Shown: positions 56,383-64,000 of the stretch, in pieces
How the letters are laid out: every line of letters starts with the position of its first letter
Numbering within the stretch: position 1 is the first letter of the stretch
Source: Armatimonadota bacterium
GTDB lineage: Bacteria > Armatimonadota > HRBIN16
DNA: 64,000 nucleotides
Assembly (NCBI GenBank): GCA_963677485.1
Contig: OY781964.1
Span: 4,640,001 to 4,704,000 of the forward strand
Direction: 5' to 3'
Program-made: the position numbers and the translations under genes
The notes under the pieces: generated by a model
Seen by the model: the letters and a program-made list of their open reading frames with translations, nothing else
Told to the model about the DNA's origin: nothing
Databases searched by the model: none

Positions 56383-59300
56383 ATGTCGCTTTCAGATATC
56401 TACGGTATCTTCATAAGCCCAGGTAACGACCTGCGTGGCAAACCGTTCTGGAGTTGGAACGGCAGTCTTGATAAAGATGAGCTGATCAGGCAAGTCTATG
56501 TCTGCAAGGAGATGGGCTTCGGCGGTTTCTTCATGCACTCACGGGTAGGTCTTGCCACTGAGTACCTCGGCGATCTGTGGTTTGAGTGCATCAACGCCTG
56601 CGCGGACCTGGCAGAAGAGCTGGGTATGGACGCCTATCTATACGACGAGGACCGCTGGCCCAGCGGCACTTGCGGCGGCATCGTCACGATGAAGCCGGAA
56701 TATCGCCAGAAGTTCATGCGACTGCGCATCACCGAAACGGCGGAAGTGAACTGGGATGACGAACACACCCTCGCTTGCTATGTCGGCGAAGTGGATGAGC
56801 TAAAACTAGGCAAATACAGCCGTGTCGCGGCCGGGCAACAGCCCGCACCAGCAGCAGGTCAGAAGGTCATGGTTGCTTCATGGGAAGACCAGAACTTCAG
56901 CTATTTCTACAACGGCTACACCTATGTGGACACCCTCAACAGGGAGGCTACCGATTACTACATCGAGCTGACCCACGACCGCTATGTTGAGATGTGCGGC
57001 GACCGGATCGGTAAGTCGATCAAAGCCATCTTCACCGACGAGCCGCACCGCGGTCCGTTAATGGAGACTTTCTCGCTCAGCAATGAGTCACCAGAATGGC
57101 TGGTGCCTTGGACCGCCAAGGCATTTGACGAATTCAATACCCGCTTTGGATACGATCTGCTGGATTGCCTACCCGAGCTTTATCTGCAACTGAATGGCGA
57201 ACTTGTCTCACGTGTAAAGTGGAACTATGTCGACCTTCTGCAGATGCTGTTCCTGGAGAACTGGGCACAGCCATATCATGACTGGTGCGAAGAGCACAAC
57301 ATCATGATGACTGGCCACATCCTGCATGAGGACTGCCTCGCCTCGCAAGTAGCGGTTTCTGGCTCCATGATGCGCTTCTATGAGCACATGCATTGGCCCG
57401 GCATTGACCTGCTCACCGAGCACAACCGGAACTACTGGGTAGCCAAACAGTTACAGAGTGCCACGCGGCAGATCGGCCAGAAATGGCTGCTCAGCGAATT
57501 GTATGGCTGCACTGGATGGCAGATGGACTTGAACAGTCACAAGAATGTGGGTGACTGGCAGGCTCTGTATGGTATCAACATGCGTTGTCCACACCTGAGC
57601 TGGTATACGATGTATGGCGAGGCTAAGCGAGACTACCCGGCCAGCATCTTCCATCAAAGCGCATGGTACAAAGACTACGACCAGATGGAGACATACTTCA
57701 GCCGTTTTGGTCTGATGATGATGACCGGCAAGCCGGTGTGCGATCTTTTGGTTGTCAACCCGGTGGAGAGCGTCTACTCGCTTGTGCATCCGAAATGGTC
57801 ATGGGGTCTAGGACCGGTTGATCCGGTGGCTCAGAAACTCGACAAGCAGTATGCCGAACTATTCCATTGGCTCTCTGGCTCACAGATCGACTTCGACTAC
57901 GGCGAAGAAGAGATCATGAACCGTCTAGCCAGTGTCTCTATGGTTGACGGAGAAGCCGTGCTGAAGGTTGGCCAAGCGAGCTATAAGAGCGTATTGGTCA
58001 GTGGTGTACTTACCCTAAGAGCCAGCACAGTAAAACTGCTCAACGAGTTCAAGAAGCTTGGCGGCAAGGTGATATTTGCCGGCGACGTGCCCGTGTATGT
58101 TAATGCTGTGAAGAGTGCCGATGCTACCGCTTTGGCAGCAAACTGCTCGGTGGTCAGCTTCGATAAGTCGAGTGTAGTGGGTGCCGTGACGGCTTCGGTA
58201 CCGCCCGTAGTCACAGTGACCACGGCCAGTGGTGAGGCGACGACCGATATCTTCACGCAGGTTCGCGAAGATGATGGCAACCTGATCGTCATGCTGTTGA
58301 ATGTTGACCGCGCCAAGACCATCGACGCGACCATCAAAATCGAGAGCAATCTGGTTCCCCAAACCTGGAACCTGTTGAATGGCGAACGGACTGCGACCAC
58401 GTATCAACGCGACGGCGAATGGATCACCATCCAAGCCAGCTTCGTACCAGGCGGCGAACTGCTGTATGTGTTATCTCAGCAAGACGGTAGTCTGCAGCCA
58501 GAAGCACAGTTGGCAGTAGTTTCCGAAACACCTATCGATGGCGAGTTCGATTACCAATTGACTGAGGCCAACACTCTCGTGCTGGACTATGCCCGATACA
58601 AGATCGCCGAAGGCGAATGGCAGTCTGAGAAGGAAGTTCTCAAGATTGACCGCACAGTTCGCGACCAATACGGCATCACTTACCGCGGTGGCGAAATGCC
58701 TCAGCCATGGTTCATCACAAAGCACATCGGCGTCAAAGAGTATGCTGTCGTGCAGATGGAGTTTGACTTCGAGGTCAGCGAACTGCCCCAGGGTGAAAGC
58801 TACCTGCTGATCGAAGACCCATCGGATTGGAATCCAAGTCTGAACGGCGTGAAGCTCGATGTGCCGGCAGATGGTCAGTGGGAAATTGACATCTGCTTCA
58901 AGAAGATCGTGCTGCCGCAAGGTGCCCTACGTTTGGGACGGAATGTGCTGCATCTGCAGGGCATGTATACCGACCTCTCCAACATTGAGGCGATCTATCT
59001 GCGCGGCTGCTTCGGCGTGAAGCTGAATGGCACGGTACGCACCATGGTCAAAGCTCCGGCCAAACTGGCCATTGGAGATATCGTGGCTCAGAACCTGCCG
59101 TTCTATGCGGCTGGAGTGAACTACAAGTACCAGTTGCCGGCTGTGGGCTGTTGTGAGAGGTTGTTCATCAAGTTCAACTCGTTTGAGGGGGCCTGCGTGG
59201 CCGTCAGCAGCGGTGACAAGCGTGTGGTAGCCAGTTGGGTGCCATACGAGCTAGACGTGACCGATATGGCTGGCTCGGTGGTGAACATTGAGGTGGTGTT

Positions 59301-59460
59301 AACCCGCCGCAATATGTTTGGGCCACTTCACCAGTCCTCGCTGTTCAACTCAGGTTACGGACCAGACAACTTCACCACCGGTGGAGCTGGCTGGAACGAC
59401 AACTACATGCTCTACCCAGCCGGATTACTGGAGGCCCCAGTGCTTCAAGTCCGCGAGTAG
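56383..59460 (+). CDS. Large glycoside hydrolase (GH106/alpha-L-rhamnosidase-like)
   Basis: PFWSWNG, GFGGFFMHSRVG, LYDEDRWPSG, FTDEP, PGIDLL, KRDYPAS. Confidence 0.8.
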   Translation: MSLSDIYGIFISPGNDLRGKPFWSWNGSLDKDELIRQVYVCKEMGFGGFFMHSRVGLATEYLGDLWFECINACADLAEELGMDAYLYDEDRWPSGTCGGIVTMKPEYRQKFMRLRITETAEVNWDDEHTLACYVGEVDELKLGKYSRVAAGQQPAPAAGQKVMVASWEDQNFSYFYNGYTYVDTLNREATDYYIELTHDRYVEMCGDRIGKSIKAIFTDEPHRGPLMETFSLSNESPEWLVPWTAKAFDEFNTRFGYDLLDCLPELYLQLNGELVSRVKWNYVDLLQMLFLENWAQPYHDWCEEHNIMMTGHILHEDCLASQVAVSGSMMRFYEHMHWPGIDLLTEHNRNYWVAKQLQSATRQIGQKWLLSELYGCTGWQMDLNSHKNVGDWQALYGINMRCPHLSWYTMYGEAKRDYPASIFHQSAWYKDYDQMETYFSRFGLMMMTGKPVCDLLVVNPVESVYSLVHPKWSWGLGPVDPVAQKLDKQYAELFHWLSGSQIDFDYGEEEIMNRLASVSMVDGEAVLKVGQASYKSVLVSGVLTLRASTVKLLNEFKKLGGKVIFAGDVPVYVNAVKSADATALAANCSVVSFDKSSVVGAVTASVPPVVTVTTASGEATTDIFTQVREDDGNLIVMLLNVDRAKTIDATIKIESNLVPQTWNLLNGERTATTYQRDGEWITIQASFVPGGELLYVLSQQDGSLQPEAQLAVVSETPIDGEFDYQLTEANTLVLDYARYKIAEGEWQSEKEVLKIDRTVRDQYGITYRGGEMPQPWFITKHIGVKEYAVVQMEFDFEVSELPQGESYLLIEDPSDWNPSLNGVKLDVPADGQWEIDICFKKIVLPQGALRLGRNVLHLQGMYTDLSNIEAIYLRGCFGVKLNGTVRTMVKAPAKLAIGDIVAQNLPFYAAGVNYKYQLPAVGCCERLFIKFNSFEGACVAVSSGDKRVVASWVPYELDVTDMAGSVVNIEVVLTRRNMFGPLHQSSLFNSGYGPDNFTTGGAGWNDNYMLYPAGLLEAPVLQVRE

Positions 59461-59475
59461 GCTTGCGATACCATT

Positions 59476-59518
59476 AAATCAGGGCACAGCGCATTGCGCT
59501 GTGCCCTGATTTGTTTTC
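59476..59518. terminator. Intrinsic terminator (likely bidirectional)
   Basis: AAATCAGGGCACAGCGC-ATT-GCGCTGTGCCCTGATTT followed by GTTTT. Confidence 0.85.
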
Positions 59519-59616
59519 AATATGATTGCTATTGGCTAAAGGACGATTGATAGGACCGATCCGACCAATCTGTCGGATGAGTAATGTGCTTGAATAAGAA
59601 GAAAAAAGGGAGTTAT

Positions 59617-59692
59617 TGGTGGAGCTATGCAGGATCGAACTGCAGACCTCTTCAATGCCATTGAAGCGCTCTCCCAGCTGAGCTATAGCCCC
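59617..59692 (-). tRNA. tRNA-Ala(GGC)
   Basis: GGGGCTATAGCTCAGCTGGGAGAGCGCTTCAATGGCATTGAAGAGGTCTGCAGTTCGATCCTGCATAGCTCCACCA; 76 nt, G3:U70 pair, encoded CCA. Confidence 0.98.
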
Positions 59693-59703
59693 ACGCAATA
59701 GTT

Positions 59704-59732
59704 ATTATAACCAAGATTCACGCTCAATGCAA
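59704..59732 (-). promoter_or_regulatory. Sigma70 promoter of tRNA-Ala
   Basis: TTGCAT-17 bp-TATAAT, 11 bp upstream of the tRNA. Confidence 0.7.
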
Positions 59733-59874
59733 CCACATATTTGTCGTGTCGAGATTTTGGCTTATATCGGCTCTTGAGCGACTAATATGGGTACTTTATA
59801 TTGTTATTCTAACCGAACAGTTCCCAAATGAAGTAAACTAGGAACAGATATAGAAACACTAGAGGCATGCCATT

Positions 59875-60999
59875 ATGAAAGATCCCCGTTATCATCAACT
59901 AGCAAAACTACTTATCCATCACTCCACGCGTATCCAACCGGGCGAAAAAATCCTGGTTGAAGCTTTTGAGATACCTGAGGAGTTTACCTGCGAGCTGATC
60001 AGGCAGATTATTGAGGCTGGCGGATTACCTTTCGTTGAAACAAAGCAGAATTTAGTCATGCGAGAGCTTCAACTGGGTGCCACAGAGGAGCAACTCGAGG
60101 TTCAAGTGCAGTATGAGTCGCTGCGAATGAATCTCATGGATGCCTACATAGGGATTCGCGGAACGAGTAATATCAGCGAAACATCCGACGTGCCATTCAA
60201 TAAGTCAGAAATGGTGCAGCGGCTGTTATGGCACCCGGTTCATGGCAACATCCGGGTACCGAAAACCAAATGGGCTGTGTTACGCTGGCCATCCAGCAGC
60301 ATGGCTCAACAAGCCTCTACGAGTACAGAGGCTTTTGAGGACTTCTATTTTCGCGTATGCACCCTCGACTACGGCTTGATGCAGCGGGCAGTACAGCCGC
60401 TTGTGGAGCTGATGCAGCATACGGACCGTGTTCGTCTCGTGGGGCCAGGCACAGACCTTAGCTTTAACATTGCAGGGATGTCAGCCATACCTTGCTGCGG
60501 GCAGCAGAACATCCCGGATGGTGAGTGTTTCACTGCACCCATCAAGGAATCGGTCGAAGGCCGGCTGCAGTACAACACCCCCTCGCTGTATCTGGGCAAA
60601 CAGTATGATGGTATTTCGTTTGAATTCAAAAACGGCAAGATCGTAAATGCTACCTGTGCCAACATACCTGAAGAGCTGAACAGGGTCCTCGACAGCGACG
60701 ATGGAGCTCGATATGTGGGTGAGTTCTCACTTGGTTTCAACCCGTTCATCATGAAGCCCATGAAAGACACCTTGTTTGACGAGAAGATCGCAGGGTCATT
60801 CCACTTCACACCAGGAATGGCTTATGCTGAAGCTGATAACGGTAATCGATCACAAGTGCATTGGGACTTGGTGAATATTCAACGCCCAGAATACGGTGGG
60901 GGGCAGATTTACTTTGACGATAAGCTGATCCGTAACGATGGGTTATTCATGCTTCCTGAACTGAACGGACTAAACCCTGAGGCGTTCCAGCATATATAA
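59875..60999 (+). CDS. Aminopeptidase, M29 (AmpS/AmpT) family
   Basis: GPGTDL, NIPDGECFTAP, GEFSLG, LFDEKIAGSFH, SQVHWD. Confidence 0.94.
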   Translation: MKDPRYHQLAKLLIHHSTRIQPGEKILVEAFEIPEEFTCELIRQIIEAGGLPFVETKQNLVMRELQLGATEEQLEVQVQYESLRMNLMDAYIGIRGTSNISETSDVPFNKSEMVQRLLWHPVHGNIRVPKTKWAVLRWPSSSMAQQASTSTEAFEDFYFRVCTLDYGLMQRAVQPLVELMQHTDRVRLVGPGTDLSFNIAGMSAIPCCGQQNIPDGECFTAPIKESVEGRLQYNTPSLYLGKQYDGISFEFKNGKIVNATCANIPEELNRVLDSDDGARYVGEFSLGFNPFIMKPMKDTLFDEKIAGSFHFTPGMAYAEADNGNRSQVHWDLVNIQRPEYGGGQIYFDDKLIRNDGLFMLPELNGLNPEAFQHI

Positions 61000-61040
61000 T
61001 GAGTGACCATATCTCGCAAACCTGATACTGTGGAGGGAAC

Positions 61041-63482
61041 ATGACAGATAGACCTAGTGTTGAAGACTTCGTCAATGCCATTCAACGATACGCAAATGGC
61101 GGAGTTGGAAAAAATGCCACGGAGTTAACGGGTCTTGACCTCTACTGGGTCATGGCGATGGCGATCAGGGAGCGGCTGCTCACTCGGATGAAAGACACCT
61201 ATCGCAGATACCAGACCCAAAACGCCAAGCGCATGTACTACCTGTCGATCGAATATCTCATCGGTAAATGCATGGAGACCAACCTGCTGAATACCCAGAG
61301 CTATAATAACTTCGCACAGGCAGCGCACCAATTGGGATATGAACTGCCTGATATCACAGGGCTGGAGCCAGACGCCGGGCTGGGTAACGGCGGTTTGGGA
61401 AGGCTGGCTGCCTGTTACCTCGATTCACTGGCCAGTCTCAACATGCCAGGATACGGGTATGGCATCAACTACGAGTATGGACTGTTTCGGCAGGAGATCG
61501 ATGACGGCTATCAGAAGGAGCGTCCCGACGCATGGAGAGCGTATGGCTCACCATGGCTGGTAGAACGGCCCGAAGAACGGCTTGAGATCCCGATATACGG
61601 CCATATCGAACACTCCACGGACCGGCATGGCGAATATAACCCAATGTGGGATGACTGGAAGGTGATCATTGGTGTGCCTTCTGATTTCCCAATTGTGGGC
61701 TACGGTGGTGATACGGTCAACAGCCTGCGGTTATATAGTGCCAGAGCGTCCGAGGATTTCGATATCAATATATTCAACTCCGGAGACTATCTCAGCGCGG
61801 TCGAAAGCAAGATGCAAAGCGAGACGATATCGAAGGTGCTGTATCCTTCCGATTCGGTCGATCGTGGAAAAGAGCTTCGGCTAGTACAGGAATACTTTTT
61901 CGTGGCCTGTGCACTACGAGATATATTGAACAAGTTTGATGCAGAGGTCGGTGATCTCTCAAAACTACCGGACTTTGTGGCCATCCACCTCAATGACACT
62001 CACCCTACGCTCGCGATTGCTGACCTCATGCGCCTGCTGATCGACGAGAGAAATCTGGAATGGGATGATGCATGGGCCATCACCACAAAGGTGTTTGCCT
62101 ACACCAACCACACACTGATGCCGGAAGCACTGGAAAAATGGTCTGTTTCACTAGTTGAATTTGTGGTGCCTCGACACCTGCAGATCATCCGTGAGATTGA
62201 CCGCAGGCACATAGAGATGCTGAACAAACAGTATCCTGGTCGGCAAGACCTTATCAACGAGACAGGAATCATAGAGCAGGGGAGTAATCCACTGGTGCGC
62301 ATGGCCAATCTGGCCATTCTGGGCAGTCATAGCGTGAATGGCGTGGCTAAGATACACTCTGAGCTGATTACCAGCCGCCTGGTGCCAGGTTTCGCTTCGA
62401 TCTTTCCTGAACGCTTCAACAACAAAACCAATGGCGTGACGCAACGCCGATGGCTGTTGAAAGCGAACCCAGGGCTGGCATCCTTAGTGACTGAGACCAT
62501 TGGCGACAACTGGCTGCTTGATCTCTACCAGCTCAAACGGCTAGAGGATGTGATCGACGAGCGTTCCTGGCTTGATCGCTTCATGGAAGTCAAGCGTGAG
62601 AACAAACTGCTGCTCGCGAAAACATTAGAAGACGTGTGTTTGTTGAAGATCGATCCGTCAGCAATGATTGATGTACACGTCAAACGAATCCATGAGTATA
62701 AGCGGCAACTGCTCAAAGCGCTGCATGTGATCCATCTCTATCTCAAGATCGTAGAGGATGGGGGCACGCCCACGGTGCCTCGAGTCGTGCTGATCGCTGG
62801 CAAAGCGGCTCCTGGATATCGTGTAGCCAAGCAGATCATCAAACTGATATGCAGCATTGCGGATATTGTGAATCACGATCCCAAAGTTGGGCCTTGGCTG
62901 AAGCTGGCTTTCGTACCGGACTACCGAGTCACTCTGGCTGAGCAGATCATACCTGCGACTGACGTCTCTGAGCAGATATCAACGGCCGGATATGAAGCAT
63001 CGGGCACAAGTAATATGAAGTTTGCGCTCAATGGAGCCATCACTGTAGGCACTATGGACGGTGCGAACATCGAGATCCGTGAAGAGGTGGGCCAAGAGAA
63101 TATCTTTATATTCGGGTTAAGTGCACAACAGGTTGAAGATCACCAACGTAACCATACCTACCAACCATGGGATATATACAACGGCGACATGCGTGTGAAG
63201 CGGATTCTAGATTGTTTCCTGACAGATCGGTTCAGCCCTGGCCATGGTGCCCAGTTCCAGTGGGTGTATGACTATCTGCTGAGCCTGGGTGACTACTATT
63301 TCAACCTTGCGGATCTACCGGAATATATCGACACCCAGGAAGCTATAGAACAACTCTACACACAGCCGACGAAGTGGAGCCAGATGGCTGCATTGAATGT
63401 GGCACGAATCGGCAAGTTTAGCAGTGATCGTGCGATTACGGAGTATGCAGACCAGATTTGGCACATCACCGAATCGCTGTAG
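61041..63482 (+). CDS. glgP: Glycogen/alpha-glucan phosphorylase
   Basis: GLGNGGLGRLAAC, HLNDTHP, KRIHEYKRQ, EASGTSNMK (PLP lysine). Confidence 0.97.
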   Translation: MTDRPSVEDFVNAIQRYANGGVGKNATELTGLDLYWVMAMAIRERLLTRMKDTYRRYQTQNAKRMYYLSIEYLIGKCMETNLLNTQSYNNFAQAAHQLGYELPDITGLEPDAGLGNGGLGRLAACYLDSLASLNMPGYGYGINYEYGLFRQEIDDGYQKERPDAWRAYGSPWLVERPEERLEIPIYGHIEHSTDRHGEYNPMWDDWKVIIGVPSDFPIVGYGGDTVNSLRLYSARASEDFDINIFNSGDYLSAVESKMQSETISKVLYPSDSVDRGKELRLVQEYFFVACALRDILNKFDAEVGDLSKLPDFVAIHLNDTHPTLAIADLMRLLIDERNLEWDDAWAITTKVFAYTNHTLMPEALEKWSVSLVEFVVPRHLQIIREIDRRHIEMLNKQYPGRQDLINETGIIEQGSNPLVRMANLAILGSHSVNGVAKIHSELITSRLVPGFASIFPERFNNKTNGVTQRRWLLKANPGLASLVTETIGDNWLLDLYQLKRLEDVIDERSWLDRFMEVKRENKLLLAKTLEDVCLLKIDPSAMIDVHVKRIHEYKRQLLKALHVIHLYLKIVEDGGTPTVPRVVLIAGKAAPGYRVAKQIIKLICSIADIVNHDPKVGPWLKLAFVPDYRVTLAEQIIPATDVSEQISTAGYEASGTSNMKFALNGAITVGTMDGANIEIREEVGQENIFIFGLSAQQVEDHQRNHTYQPWDIYNGDMRVKRILDCFLTDRFSPGHGAQFQWVYDYLLSLGDYYFNLADLPEYIDTQEAIEQLYTQPTKWSQMAALNVARIGKFSSDRAITEYADQIWHITESL

Positions 63483-63491
63483 CGGCATCCT

Positions 63492-63813
63492 CTGGGAGCT
63501 TGCAGGGTAACTCGTAAGCACCTGCCCATGCTGACACGGCAGCCCAGGCTGTAACGGACGCGTCACGGGGAGACGACAGATCGATAAGCGAACGGCTATT
63601 CGCCTCTATGGCAGCCAAGCGTTGCCTATGTCCGGGGCGGTCTGTGCGTAGGCTAGCGGATGTAGAAGGCCCAAGACCGCGCCGGTCTGGCGGATAGCCT
63701 TGATAGATTTGTGTCAGGAATAAGACCGGCGCGGTCTATAGACAGTGGCCACCGCAGGCGTAATGACAGACCGCCCCGGACATAGCCAACCCAGTTACCT
63801 ACCCAGCTCCCAG
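63492..63813. repeat. Dispersed nested-palindrome repeat, copy 2
   Basis: Homologous to 12229-12511. Also bounded by a 21-bp imperfect IR (63492-63512 / 63793-63813, 17/21 match). Confidence 0.92.
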
Positions 63814-63819
63814 CTTTGG

Positions 63820-63999
63820 TTAATGATGCATGTTCAGTATCCCAAATAGGAAATGTGAAGTCTGTGCACCGGCCACAATCACCGGATTCGTGATGTCGAT
63901 CGGACGGCCATCGGCAAGAACTCTGGGATGCCAGTCTTTCCCGTCGCGTGTTTTGATGATGGCCCCGGCCTCTTTACACAACAACCAGCCGGCGGCGAT
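63820..63999 (-). CDS. C-terminus of an inositol-monophosphatase-family protein (5' part outside window)
   Basis: Manual translation IAAGWLLCKEAGAIIKTRDGK...NMHH* matches the (WD)xAAGxLLxxEAG signature. Confidence 0.75.
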   Translation of the reverse strand: MAAGWLLCKEAGAIIKTRDGKDWHPRVLADGRPIDITNPVIVAGAQTSHFLFGILNMHH

Positions 64000-64000
64000 G

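Noticed and set aside
40740-59692. Genomic island integrated at tRNA-Ala
   Set aside because: No integrase and no duplicated tRNA 3' end found; the region includes housekeeping ahcY.
59474-59698. 74-aa ORF
   Set aside because: Overlaps tRNA-Ala and the terminator; spurious.

Overview
Bacterial chromosome segment from a diderm organism. The lptC-A-B-F/G-DUF3084-yqgF-like cluster, Bacillus-type sdhCAB, three tandem pilT genes and several large glycoside hydrolases suggest a Terrabacteria diderm such as Armatimonadota (inference). Housekeeping content: mutL, sdhCAB, lpt genes, two LptD-like genes, comEC, dnaE, purF-tsaE-tsaB-xerD-mfd, cyclophilin, rfaE-like, bioY, ahcY, tRNA-Ala(GGC), an M29 aminopeptidase and glgP. 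A Met-rich heavy-metal RND efflux cluster is also present. Main observations: (1) a 1.66-kb insertion element (52806-54461) splits a TolB-like gene. It has no terminal inverted repeats, a CTAA core at both junctions and a subterminal hairpin, and its precise removal restores the host reading frame. Its ORF resembles a Rep_trans-type rolling-circle initiator fused to a winged helix, not a DDE, HUH or serine/tyrosine recombinase. (2) A nested-palindrome repeat of about 300 bp occurs twice, 51 kb apart, each time between convergent genes. (3) An uncharacterised BshC-like protein is translationally coupled to an RfaE-type nucleotidyltransferase. (4) Three tandem divergent PilT/PilU ATPases occur without other pil genes. 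All protein calls come from motif recognition by eye; no searches were run.
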